A stretch of 64,000 nt of DNA from Rhizomicrobium sp. (GTDB taxonomy: Bacteria; Pseudomonadota; Alphaproteobacteria; Micropepsales; Micropepsaceae). A model generated the notes under the pieces. The model was not told the DNA's origin. It searched no databases and saw only the letters and a list, made by a program, of their open reading frames with translations. Where the stretch lies: the NCBI GenBank assembly GCA_036267165.1, contig DATAWO010000119.1:29584-93583 (forward strand), in the 5' to 3' direction. A program made the translations under genes and the position numbers. Positions 51,021-60,186 of the stretch are shown one piece after another. Each line of letters starts with the position of its first letter. Position 1 is the first letter of the stretch.

Positions 51021-51509
51021 TCAGACGCGCTGTTTGAAGATCAGATAGGTGAAGGTGTGGCCGGGTGTGGCGGTGAAAAGATGCACCAGGCCGGGCGGGA
51101 CCACCAGCCGGTCGCCAGGATGCAGCGTTATGGTCTTGCCGCCCACCAGCGCGCCGCCGCGCATTTCAAGATCGCCTACGTCGTGCGCACCCTGCTGGGT
51201 GCCTCCGTAAGTGATGGTGCCCTCGCCGTCCAGGACATGGATGTAATCATACCAGTGACCATGCGCCTCGGACTGGGTGTTGATCGTCCGGGTGACATAT
51301 TCGATGAAATAGCTCTCATGATCGATCACGATCTTGGACTGCGGCTTGCCGTCGGCGCGATGGGTGAGCGCCTCCACCTCCGCCGCAGGCTGGTAGACAA
51401 AAGCATCCGGCGGCGTGGTGTGGAGGGCGGGCGGCGCCGATGTTTGGGCCGAAGCCGCGAGGCTCAAGGTCGCCAGCATGGCGCCGGCCAGAAATCCCCA
51501 CTGTCTCAT
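51021..51509 (-). CDS. Secreted cupin-domain protein
   Basis: Signal peptide; EAH...DY.HVLDGEG and GD.LVVPPG..H cupin motifs. Confidence 0.8.
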   Translation of the reverse strand: MRQWGFLAGAMLATLSLAASAQTSAPPALHTTPPDAFVYQPAAEVEALTHRADGKPQSKIVIDHESYFIEYVTRTINTQSEAHGHWYDYIHVLDGEGTITYGGTQQGAHDVGDLEMRGGALVGGKTITLHPGDRLVVPPGLVHLFTATPGHTFTYLIFKQRV

Positions 51510-51576
51510 GCGCGTTCCCTCTTTTGTTGGCTTTACGGGAACTTTAGCGGCGGCCCGGTCAAAAGGAAGAGCCCCC

Positions 51577-51614
51577 AAAAGAAAGAGGCGTCTTCCCGTG
51601 AAGAAAGACGCCCC
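51577..51614 (-). terminator. Intrinsic terminator after the histone-like gene
   Basis: Minus strand GGCGTCTT-loop-AAGACGCC followed by TCTTTCTTTT. Confidence 0.7.
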
Positions 51615-51639
51615 AAACCTGTCGCAGATGCGAGATGCC

Positions 51640-51855
51640 TCAGCGCTTGGCTTTCTTCTTCTTGGCTTTCTTGGCCTTCTTGGCGGCCTTTTTCGGCGCC
51701 TTCTTGGCTTTCTTGGCGGTCTTCTTGGCCGCCTTCTTCGCCTTCTTGGCTTTCTTCTTCGCTTTCTTCACCGGGGCCGGGGTGCCGGTGAACAGGCCCG
51801 CGACGGCGGCCTCCAGTTCAGCGGCCTTCTCGGCCAATGCTCCTTTTTTCGCCAT
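51640..51855 (-). CDS. Histone H1-like Lys/Ala-rich protein (71 aa)
   Basis: GAGGAG RBS; C-terminal (K)KAKKA/AKK repeats; has its own terminator. Confidence 0.75.
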   Translation of the reverse strand: MAKKGALAEKAAELEAAVAGLFTGTPAPVKKAKKKAKKAKKAAKKTAKKAKKAPKKAAKKAKKAKKKKAKR

Positions 51856-51906
51856 GATGTCGACTCCTCATCAGTTGATGAATTCAAGCTAATCGATTCT
51901 CGCGGC

Positions 51907-51937
51907 AAACAAAAAGGGCGCAGCTCACGCCGCGCCC
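51907..51937 (-). terminator. rpsA intrinsic terminator
   Basis: Minus strand GGGCGC-ggcgtgagct-GCGCCC-TTTTTGTTT. Confidence 0.75.
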
Positions 51938-51967
51938 GATTTGTTCGTGTGTACTCGCTGACCCGCC

Positions 51968-53719
51968 TTACTCGTCGCCCTTTTTCTTGGCCGGGGTCTT
52001 CTTCTTGAGGGCCGCACCCAGGATGTCGCCCAGGCTGGCGCCGCTGTCGGAGGAGCCATACTGCTCGACGGCTTCCTTCTCTTCCGAGATTTCGCGGGCC
52101 TTGATGGACAGCGAGACCTTGCGGGTCGCCTTGTCCACGCTGGTGACCAGGGCGTCAACCTTGTCGCCCTTGCCGAAGCGTTCCGGGCGCTGGTCGGCGC
52201 GGTCCCGCGCCAGATCGGCGCGGCGGATGAAGGACTTCACCCCGCCATCCAGTTCCACCTCGATGCCGCCATCGTTCACTTCCGTGACCGTCCCGGTGAC
52301 GACCTGGTTCTTGCGCAGCGCCGAACCGGACGGGCCGGCCTTCTCGATGGGGTCGCCATCCAGCTGCTTGATGCCCAGGCTGACGCGTTCCTTCTCCACG
52401 TCGATGTCCAGCACCTTGGCCTTCACCATCTGGCCCTTCTGATAGTCCTTGATGGCTTCCTCGCCCGGCTTGGACCAGCTGAGGTCGGAGAGATGGACCA
52501 TGCCGTCGATGTCGGAATCCAGGCCTATGAACAGGCCGAATTCGGTAATCGACTTGATCTCGCCCTCGATCACGCTGCCGGCCGGATGGCCGGTGGTGAA
52601 GGCGGTCCAGGGATTTTCCTGGGTCTGCTTGAGGCCCAGGCTGATGCGGCGCTTGTTGGAATCCACTTCCAGCACCGCCACGTCCACTTCCGTGCCGGGG
52701 GTGACCAGCTTGGAGGGGGCCATGTTCTTCTTCACCCAGGACATTTCGCTGACATGGACCAGGCCTTCCACGCCCGGCTCCAGCTCCACAAAGGCGCCAT
52801 AGTCGGTGACATTGGTGACCTTGCCCTTGAACTGGACGCCCACCGGATACTTGGCGGCGACGCCTTCCCAGGGGTCGGTCTGGAGCTGCTTCATGCCCAG
52901 GCTGATGCGCTGGGTCTCATGGTTGATCTTGATGATCTGGACAGTGACGGTCTGGCCCACCGACAGGACTTCGGTCGGGTGGGAGACGCGGCGCCAGGCG
53001 ATGTCGGTGACGTGCAGAAGCCCGTCTACGCCGCCCAGGTCCACGAACGCGCCGTAATCGGTGATGTTCTTCACCACGCCTTCCACGATCTGCTTTTCCT
53101 GCAGGGAGGCGACCAGCGAGGTGCGTTCCTCGGCGCGGCGCTCTTCCAGCACGGCGCGGCGCGACACCACGATATTGCCGCGGCGGCGGTCCATCTTCAG
53201 GATCTGGAACAGCTGGGGCTGGTTCATCAAGGGGCCGACATCGCGCATGGGGCGCACGTCAACCTGGCTGCCGGGCAGGAAGGCCACGGCGCCGTCCAGG
53301 TCGACGGTGAAGCCGCCCTTGACGCGGCCGAAGATCACGCCGGTGACGCGGGTGACATCGTTGAAGGCCTTTTCCAGCTTGATCCAGCTTTCCTCGCGCC
53401 GCGCCTTGTCGCGGCTCAGGACGGCTTCGCCCAGCGCATTCTCGACGCGCTCCAGATAGACCTCGACGGTATCGCCCACCTTGACGTCGGCGGGGATGCC
53501 CGGCATGGCGAATTCCTTCAGGGAAATGCGGCCCTCGGTCTTGAGGCCGACATCCACCATGGCGAAATCATTCTCGATCGAGACGATGGTGCCCTTGATG
53601 ACCGAGCCTTCCTGGGGGCTCTGGGTTTCAAAACTCTGCTCCAGCATCGCCGCGAAGTCTTCGCGGGAGGGGATGGCGATGGAGCTTTCGGTACGTTCCT
53701 TGGTAGCGGCGCGAGCCAT
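51968..53719 (-). CDS. rpsA: 30S ribosomal protein S1
   Basis: Six S1 domains; VKNITDYGAFVDLGGVDGLLHVTD; SDSGASLGDILGAAL. Confidence 0.99.
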   Translation of the reverse strand: MARAATKERTESSIAIPSREDFAAMLEQSFETQSPQEGSVIKGTIVSIENDFAMVDVGLKTEGRISLKEFAMPGIPADVKVGDTVEVYLERVENALGEAVLSRDKARREESWIKLEKAFNDVTRVTGVIFGRVKGGFTVDLDGAVAFLPGSQVDVRPMRDVGPLMNQPQLFQILKMDRRRGNIVVSRRAVLEERRAEERTSLVASLQEKQIVEGVVKNITDYGAFVDLGGVDGLLHVTDIAWRRVSHPTEVLSVGQTVTVQIIKINHETQRISLGMKQLQTDPWEGVAAKYPVGVQFKGKVTNVTDYGAFVELEPGVEGLVHVSEMSWVKKNMAPSKLVTPGTEVDVAVLEVDSNKRRISLGLKQTQENPWTAFTTGHPAGSVIEGEIKSITEFGLFIGLDSDIDGMVHLSDLSWSKPGEEAIKDYQKGQMVKAKVLDIDVEKERVSLGIKQLDGDPIEKAGPSGSALRKNQVVTGTVTEVNDGGIEVELDGGVKSFIRRADLARDRADQRPERFGKGDKVDALVTSVDKATRKVSLSIKAREISEEKEAVEQYGSSDSGASLGDILGAALKKKTPAKKKGDE

Positions 53720-53842
53720 TCGGATTCCTATACGGTCGTTCGTGCCAAGCAGCCTGAAGCTGCTGGTCTTCCCATGGCGGTGCCATGAGCGGTTGGATTT
53801 TCGAGAAGGGTAAGCGGTATGCCCGAAAGCCGCCGGGCCTCC

Positions 53843-54526
53843 TTAGCCCCTGGGACGGTCCTTGAGCGCGCTCTCGAGTGCCTTGGCCACCTTGGGGGAA
53901 ACCAAAGCGAGAGCTGCCGCGAACGCGGCGTCTATACCCAAATCGGAGGTATCCAGCAAGTCGGCGTCCGGGGCCTGTTTCAGGGGAGCGATGGGGCGGG
54001 ACTTGTCGGCCGCGTCCCGGGCGTTGAGCTCGGCCAGCACGTCCTGCTCGGCCCGGCGGATATTCATGGCTTTCAGCTCGTTCCAGCGCCGCCGGGCGCG
54101 TATTTCGGGGCGGGCGTCTACATAGAGCTTGGCGGCGGCCATGGGGCAGATGACCGTGCCGATGTCGCGGCCGTCCATCACCGCGCCGGGGCTGCCACCG
54201 GGGGGGTGGTTGAGAAAGTTCCGCTGGAAGTCCAGCAGGGCCGAGCGCACCGCCGGGATGGCGGCGACATGGGAAGCAGTCTTGCCGACTATGTCGGTGC
54301 GGATGGCGGGATCGCCGGCGCGGCTCAGGTCCATGGTCTGGGCGCCCCGCACGGCATCGGCCGCGTTCTGGGGGTCGCCTTTGGCCTCCAGCACCGCCAG
54401 CGCGGTCAGGCGGTAGAGCGCGCCGGAATCCAGATGGGCGAAACCAAAATGCGCCGCCAGCCTTTTGGCCAAGGTGCCCTTCCCGCTTGCCGCGGTGCCG
54501 TCAACGGCGATGACGATGGAACTCAT
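53843..54526 (-). CDS. cmk: Cytidylate kinase
   Basis: IAVDGTAASGKGT, LDSGALYR, DGRDIGTV. Confidence 0.96.
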   Translation of the reverse strand: MSSIVIAVDGTAASGKGTLAKRLAAHFGFAHLDSGALYRLTALAVLEAKGDPQNAADAVRGAQTMDLSRAGDPAIRTDIVGKTASHVAAIPAVRSALLDFQRNFLNHPPGGSPGAVMDGRDIGTVICPMAAAKLYVDARPEIRARRRWNELKAMNIRRAEQDVLAELNARDAADKSRPIAPLKQAPDADLLDTSDLGIDAAFAAALALVSPKVAKALESALKDRPRG

Positions 54527-54622
54527 GGTCCCCCTCCCCTTGCGGGGTCCGAAGGACGGGCGCGCGGCCAAGCGCCCCCGTGGGGGGCGAATTTCGGCGT
54601 GGACGCTTGCGATAGGTCGGCA

Positions 54623-55954
54623 TTATTCGAACACCGCGCCGAGACCGGCCATCAAATCCCGATACTCTGGGAACGAGGTGGCGATCATGGTCACGTCGTC
54701 CACCGTGACCGGCTTTTGACTGGCAAAGCCCATGGTGAGAAAGCTCATGGCGATGCGGTGATCCATGTGGGTGGTGACCGTGCCGCCGCCCGCGACCGGG
54801 CCACCTTCCACGATCAGGTCGTCGCCTTCTATTGCGTGGCGCACGCCATTGGCTGCCAGGCCGGCCGCCACCGCCGCCAGCCGGTCGCTTTCCTTGACCC
54901 GAAGTTCTTCCAGGCCGCGCATCGCGGTCTTGCCATGGGCAAAACTGGCCGCCACCGACAGCACCGGATATTCGTCGATCATCGAAGGCGCCCGCGACGG
55001 TGGCACTTCGACGCCGTGAAGGCGCGAATGGCGCACCACCAGGTCGCCGATCTCCTCGCCGCCGCTGGTGCGGCGGTTCTTCACTTCGATATCCGCGCCC
55101 ATCTCCAGCAAGGTCTCGATCAGCCCGATACGGCGGGGATTGAGCAGGATGGCGGGCAGTTCGATTTCGGAACCCGGCACGATCACGGCCGCGACAATGG
55201 CGAAGGCGGCCGATGAAGGATCGCGCGGCACTTCCACCGTGCAGCCGGTGAGTTTGGCGGGGCCTTCAACAAGAATGGTCTCGCCTCCATTCGCCAATGG
55301 CGTGACTTTGATGCGCGCACCGAATGCGGCCAGCATTTTCTCGGTATGATCCCGCGTCAGGGCATTTTGGGTAATCGCACTTTGCCCGGCGGCATTGAGC
55401 GCGGCCAGCAAAAGAGCAGATTTGACCTGCGCCGAAGCGGTCTTGACCGTTACGTCCTGCCCAACCGCCGCCTGCGCCCCATGCAGGGTCAGCGGCATCA
55501 ACGCCTTGGGCCCCTGCCCTTCATAAGTGAGGCCGAAGGCTTTGAGCGGATCGACCACCCGCGCCATGGGGCGCGAGCGCAAGGAGGCATCGCCGGTGAA
55601 CACCGCGGTAATGGGCGTGGTCGCCATCGCCCCCATCACCAGGCGCGAGCCGGTGCCGGAATTGCCGAAATCCAGTTCCGATCTGGGACTTTGCCAATTG
55701 CCCACCCCGGTTCCCACCACCCGCCAGCGCCCGGGGCCTTCGGCGGTCAGTTCGGCGCCGAAGCCGCGCAGGGCCCCAGCGGTGGAATGGACATCGCCGG
55801 ACTCCAAAAGCCCGGAAATGCGGGTTTCCCCCTGCGAAAGCGCCCCAAGGATAAGCGCCCGCTGGGAAATGGATTTGTCGCCGGGCATCTGGGCGATGCC
55901 CTTCAGGGGGCCGGCCTGGCGGGCGGTCAGCGGGGCGGGATTGGCGTTATCCAT
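54623..55954 (-). CDS. aroA: 3-phosphoshikimate 1-carboxyvinyltransferase (class II EPSPS)
   Basis: [39 protein letters not shown]. Confidence 0.98.
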   Translation of the reverse strand: MDNANPAPLTARQAGPLKGIAQMPGDKSISQRALILGALSQGETRISGLLESGDVHSTAGALRGFGAELTAEGPGRWRVVGTGVGNWQSPRSELDFGNSGTGSRLVMGAMATTPITAVFTGDASLRSRPMARVVDPLKAFGLTYEGQGPKALMPLTLHGAQAAVGQDVTVKTASAQVKSALLLAALNAAGQSAITQNALTRDHTEKMLAAFGARIKVTPLANGGETILVEGPAKLTGCTVEVPRDPSSAAFAIVAAVIVPGSEIELPAILLNPRRIGLIETLLEMGADIEVKNRRTSGGEEIGDLVVRHSRLHGVEVPPSRAPSMIDEYPVLSVAASFAHGKTAMRGLEELRVKESDRLAAVAAGLAANGVRHAIEGDDLIVEGGPVAGGGTVTTHMDHRIAMSFLTMGFASQKPVTVDDVTMIATSFPEYRDLMAGLGAVFE

Positions 55955-56039
55955 CAGGGGCTTCAAAAGACCTTTACAGGCGGGGCTACCCGTGGCAAAC
56001 GCGCCCCTCCGACAACCCCTTCTTCACGGGAAGCACATC

Positions 56040-56546
56040 TTGGTCAAGACAGATCTTGGAACCAAACGGGCATGTCCCAGCTGCAATGCGCGGTTTTACG
56101 ACCTCGCCAAGCGGCCGATCGAATGCCCCAAATGCGGTTTCAGCTATGAGCCCGAAGCGCTATTCAAGCAGCGCCGGAGCCGCGCCGTCGAGACCGCCGA
56201 GGCGAGCGTGGTGAACGCCGCCGAGGCCGAGGATGAAGAGGAAGACGACGAGGACGAGGACAATGAGTCCGAAGCCGAGGACGAGGAAGCCGCCGCCGTC
56301 GTCCAGGAAGCGCCGCTGATCGTGGCCGCCACCGGCGAGGACGAAGACGAGGAAGCCGAGGAAGAGGAAGCCGAAGCGGAATCGGGCATGTCGGTGGTGG
56401 ACGCCGACGAAGCCGAAGGCATCGAGGATATCGAAGTCGAGGACGACGAGGACGAGGAAAACAACGACCTGCTCGGCGAAGTGGAAGACGAGGAAGAAGA
56501 TGTGAGTGGCATCATCGACCCCGGCATTTCCAAGGACGAAAGCTAG
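56040..56546 (+). CDS. TIGR02300 family (FYDLN acidic) protein
   Basis: DLGTKRACPSC..RFYDL...P..CPKCG zinc ribbon plus a long Asp/Glu tail; TTG start; divergent from aroA. Confidence 0.9.
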   Translation: MVKTDLGTKRACPSCNARFYDLAKRPIECPKCGFSYEPEALFKQRRSRAVETAEASVVNAAEAEDEEEDDEDEDNESEAEDEEAAAVVQEAPLIVAATGEDEDEEAEEEEAEAESGMSVVDADEAEGIEDIEVEDDEDEENNDLLGEVEDEEEDVSGIIDPGISKDES

Positions 56547-56630
56547 TCTTTTCCACTTGATTTTAGGGCCGCATTGTTAAAGCAATGCCGGCCGCGGACC
56601 GTATACCAGACCGGTCCCCTGAATTGGTAC

Positions 56631-56706
56631 GGGGCCATAGCTCAGCTGGGAGAGCGCCTGCATGGCATGCAGGAGGTCAGCGGTTCGATCCCGCTTGGCT
56701 CCACCA
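56631..56706 (+). tRNA. tRNA-Ala(GGC)
   Basis: GGGGCCATAGCTCAGCTGGGAGAGCGCCTGCATGGCATGCAGGAGGTCAGCGGTTCGATCCCGCTTGGCTCCACCA; cloverleaf, G3:U70 pair, encoded CCA. Confidence 0.98.
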
Positions 56707-56772
56707 ATTTTCCGCTTCAACAGCGGAACTCACCTTTCAACACCATTAGCGGAAAATTGGTGGAGCCAAGCG
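56692..56772. repeat. Perfect 25-bp inverted repeat covering the tRNA 3' end
   Basis: CGCTTGGCTCCACCAATTTTCCGCT (56692-56716) versus AGCGGAAAATTGGTGGAGCCAAGCG (56748-56772), 31-nt spacer. Confidence 0.9.
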
Positions 56773-56850
56773 CCCGAGGCCGCCGCCCGACAGGGACTTG
56801 AGGCGGCCGAGGGGCGAAGGCAACATCGTTCCGCCACACCCGCCTGGCGT

Positions 56851-58821
56851 TCACGCCCTGTCCGCCCGCGCCAGCAACTGTTCGGCCCTGACGCCATAGA
56901 TGGTCGTCTTTGCCCAGCGCTTCTCCAGCACTGGCACATTGTCCCACAAGAGCTGCGCGGCTTCGTCCCTGCGCCCTTGCGTCAGCAGGCATCCGGCACG
57001 AACGACCCGCACCCAGGCTGAGCGCCAGGGGACGCCCGCATAGATGGCCGCCATGATCGGCGCGGCTTCATCGAGCCGTGCCAGACCTGTTGCGGCATCT
57101 CCGGCCGTGCAAGCCATATCGGCCAAGTCGACCAGGATGGGCGCCAGGTTGCGATGCTTGTGCATGCGCGCCACGGTCAGGGCCTTTTGGAACAGTGTCT
57201 CGGCCTCCGGCAGATGGCCGAGGCCACGCTCCACCCGGCCAAGATTCTCATATTCAAACGCGAGGTCGTCGAAATCGTCGTTGCGTTGGGTCTCGATCAC
57301 CTCGACGGCATGTTTCAGCAACGGCTCGGCATCGGCAAAATCGCGACGCTCAAGTTGCAGGAGCGCGAGATTGTTCATGGTCGTTGCCACTTCCGGGTGA
57401 TTGTCGCCCAGCACGGCGCGGTAGGAATTGTAGGCCCTGCGGTAATAATCTTCCGCCGACGGGTCGTTCTGAAAATAGGCAATCGCGCCCAGGGAATTCA
57501 AGTCCTCGGCGACCCGCGGATGCGATGAGCCCTCTGTCTTCAGGCGGATCGCCAGGGCCCGCTTGAAGGAGGCGCGCCCGCCATTAAAGTCGCCATTGCC
57601 AGTCTGTGCGGCAGCAAGCGTTTCCAGGTCACGCGCCACATCGCCGCTGCTGGCACCAGATGTTTTCATGTCGAGGTCAAGCGCCTCCCGGATATTGCGC
57701 TGCGCCGGCTGGAACTTGCCCTGCTCGAATTGGGCTTCGCCAAGCCCTACCAGAATGCGGGACACCAGTTCTGGGCGATAGGAATCCGGCTCGCGGGCCA
57801 GCACCAGCGCCTGCTGATAGGCTTTGACGGCATCGTCATAGCGGGCCTGACGCGACTGGGCGTCGCCCAGAGCCGCATATTGGCGGGCCTGGGTACCGTC
57901 CTCCACGCCGCTCAGCTTCAGGCCGCGGCGCACCAGGGTCTCACCTTGGTGGTAAAGGCCCAGGCCGGCATAGACGTCGCCCAGCGTGGTGTAGAGTTCG
58001 GCCTTGACGGTGGGCTGCTCGCGCAGGTCCCGGTCAATTTGACTTGCCCCGCGGTCGAGAATTTCGCGGGCGGTGATGGTGGCGCCCCGCGACTCCGACG
58101 GATCGGAGACCTCAAACAGGGATTTCACGAAATCGACGGTACGCTCGGCCGTGATTGTCTTCTGTTCGGCGATGTCACGCTCGCGCACCGCCTCGTTGCG
58201 CGCCAGGAAGGCGACCGCTGCCAGGCCCGAAGTAACCACCAGGCCGGCGCCCAAACCGGCGACGACGAGGGCCATGCGGCGCTGACGGCGGGCCTGCTCG
58301 CGCCGGCGCAACTCGTCGAAGGGCACGCCAAGGATTCCGGCCAGAAGCTTCAGCACGGCTTCGCGCGGCCGGTCCCGGCCCGGGCGCAGGTCCGCCGCAA
58401 GCGGCTCGGAGCCGCCGCCCTCGAACAGCGCCGCGGGCATATAATCGCGCACCGGATCGGTTTGGTCGGTCTCCAGGCCGCCGCGCACGATCAGGCATTG
58501 AATCTGGTCGCGCCGCCCCAGCGCACTGAAGTTACGGACCTCTTCGTTCACCCACTGCGAACGCGCGCTGTCGGGCGAGCAGACCACAATCAGGGAGCCC
58601 GACACCGCAAGCGCTTCGCGGATCGACTGGCTGAGGTCGGAGGAGGCGGCCAGTTCCTCCCGGTCGCGAAAGACCGGAGGCAGGCGAGCGCCCAGGATGC
58701 CCAGCCGGGTTTGCCGGCCTTTGAGACGCGGCGGGATTCTATAGGTTTCGATGGCGCGGTGCAGCCAGGCGGCGATGCGCTTGTCGCGGTGATTATAGCT
58801 GATGAACGCCGAATAGCGCAT
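56851..58821 (-). CDS. TIR domain - single TM - TPR repeat protein
   Basis: TIR motifs AFISY.H.D, VFRDREEL, LIVVCSP.SARSQWVNEEV; Arg-rich stretch then TM; TPR_10/12-type repeats (HPRVAEDLNSLG, HPEVATTMNNLA). Confidence 0.9.
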   Translation of the reverse strand: MRYSAFISYNHRDKRIAAWLHRAIETYRIPPRLKGRQTRLGILGARLPPVFRDREELAASSDLSQSIREALAVSGSLIVVCSPDSARSQWVNEEVRNFSALGRRDQIQCLIVRGGLETDQTDPVRDYMPAALFEGGGSEPLAADLRPGRDRPREAVLKLLAGILGVPFDELRRREQARRQRRMALVVAGLGAGLVVTSGLAAVAFLARNEAVRERDIAEQKTITAERTVDFVKSLFEVSDPSESRGATITAREILDRGASQIDRDLREQPTVKAELYTTLGDVYAGLGLYHQGETLVRRGLKLSGVEDGTQARQYAALGDAQSRQARYDDAVKAYQQALVLAREPDSYRPELVSRILVGLGEAQFEQGKFQPAQRNIREALDLDMKTSGASSGDVARDLETLAAAQTGNGDFNGGRASFKRALAIRLKTEGSSHPRVAEDLNSLGAIAYFQNDPSAEDYYRRAYNSYRAVLGDNHPEVATTMNNLALLQLERRDFADAEPLLKHAVEVIETQRNDDFDDLAFEYENLGRVERGLGHLPEAETLFQKALTVARMHKHRNLAPILVDLADMACTAGDAATGLARLDEAAPIMAAIYAGVPWRSAWVRVVRAGCLLTQGRRDEAAQLLWDNVPVLEKRWAKTTIYGVRAEQLLARADRA

Positions 58822-58917
58822 CCGTTGCCCTAAGCGCGACCGCGCCTACCCCAGCCGGAGCCTAGCATGAAGATGCATTGTGCGCGCATGGCGGTGCAAA
58901 AGCAGCGCCGGGATGTT

Positions 58918-59691
58918 TCAGGAACGGGCCCTCGCGGCGCGGCGGCGGCGCAATTGCCACGTCATCCCGCCGATCGCGCCCAGGCCGAACAGCATGATCG
59001 ACCAGTCGGCGGGTTCGGGCACCGCGGTCGTGGCGGCGGGGATAGTCAGTACAAGGTTGTCGTAGTCGAAGTTGGAGTCGGGTGTAACGTATTCGGTTGA
59101 GGCGTCATAAGCCACAGCGTCTGGAGACGAACAGGGCGAGGATGGTTCCGACTGTGGGAACGTCTCCGTGGCTGATTGGCATCCACTGTAGTTCGACGAA
59201 ATCACCGTATCGGGCGAAAAAGCTAGGTTGTCGTCGTACATGACGACGGCTTGGATCGAGCCGTCGGATTCCGGGTTCAGATTGATGCCGAACGTGTTCC
59301 CATCAAACGTCCAGCGAATTTCCAAATTGCCGAAAAAAGACCCATCTTCTACGTGAGTGGAGGAAGAATAATTAAAGAGTCCTGCAGCGATGTAGTTTCC
59401 GAATGTCGATAGGTCTATCGTGGACGAGGTGAAGCCGCTGGCTGGAGGGCTCGTCAGCGCGCTTCCGATAGAGATCATCCCATCTTGATAGACATAAATT
59501 GAGGTGTTGTTGAGCAGGAATGAGTTGCTGCATGTCATTGCAAAGGTGCAGGCGCCCGTGTCCGAAGTAAACGTCGCCGAGTCAGCCACTATCCCCCGTG
59601 CTTCTGCCTGAGCCGCCATGCCCAAAAAAAGAGCCAGCGCGATGCCGGTCCCCGAAAAATGCTTTGTCAGACGCAGCGCCGTGTCGCTCAT
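58918..59691 (-). CDS. PEP-CTERM (PEPxxW-type) sorting-domain surface protein
   Basis: Signal peptide ending AEA; Ser/Thr-rich body; C-terminal VPEPADWSIMLFGLGAIGG..LRRRR; visibly more AT-rich than the core genes. Confidence 0.9.
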   Translation of the reverse strand: MSDTALRLTKHFSGTGIALALFLGMAAQAEARGIVADSATFTSDTGACTFAMTCSNSFLLNNTSIYVYQDGMISIGSALTSPPASGFTSSTIDLSTFGNYIAAGLFNYSSSTHVEDGSFFGNLEIRWTFDGNTFGINLNPESDGSIQAVVMYDDNLAFSPDTVISSNYSGCQSATETFPQSEPSSPCSSPDAVAYDASTEYVTPDSNFDYDNLVLTIPAATTAVPEPADWSIMLFGLGAIGGMTWQLRRRRAARARS

Positions 59692-59722
59692 GTCAGTACC
59701 CCGAAATACCCCATTCACAACC

Positions 59723-59740
59723 AAGCAATCAGTGTGCCAA
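59723..59740 (-). promoter_or_regulatory. Sigma54 (RpoN) -24/-12 promoter
   Basis: Minus strand TTGGCAC-ACTGA-TTGCTT, an exact consensus match, about 30 nt upstream of the PEP-CTERM ATG. Confidence 0.85.
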
Positions 59741-59790
59741 CTAATTAACTATTTGACCTAGCTACAAAGATTCTTGTGTATAACCGCAAG

Positions 59791-59809
59791 TTGTAATCAC
59801 GGCTTACAA
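59791..59809. promoter_or_regulatory. Palindromic enhancer (bEBP/PrsR-type) site
   Basis: TTGTAA-TCACGGC-TTACAA (TGT-N11-ACA), about 50 nt upstream of the -24 box. Confidence 0.65.
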
Positions 59810-60186
59810 AAATCCATGGCCGGCGGTTTATTCGGAATGATGGCGGCAAGTGATCAGGGGATGTCCAATCTTGGACATCAAACATTCCGTGCACAGAGTG
59901 CCCCGCGTCAGCAATCGCTCTCGTTCACGTTCGGCCGCCGGGTTCGGCCATGGTGGGCCTTCTCCGTTTCTGCGAAGCCTTCAGCTCCGCTTTCGTCATC
60001 GTCCAGAAATGAAGGTCATGCGAGCGCAGCACAAAGTGGCGGCGGCGGGCCACATCTTGCCGGGCCGAAACCGAAGAAGCCATTGTAAACAGCCCCGGGT
60101 TCCTTTGCCAAAATCGTACAGAGTTTGGTCTCGACAGCCCCAAGCAAACGGCGCGAAATTTTCGCATTGGGAATTGGAAGGGCTGC

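Noticed and set aside
54527-54622. CCCTCCCCTTGCGGGG between aroA and cmk as another REP family
   Set aside because: Only one degenerate copy in the window, which cannot be supported without a genome-wide search.
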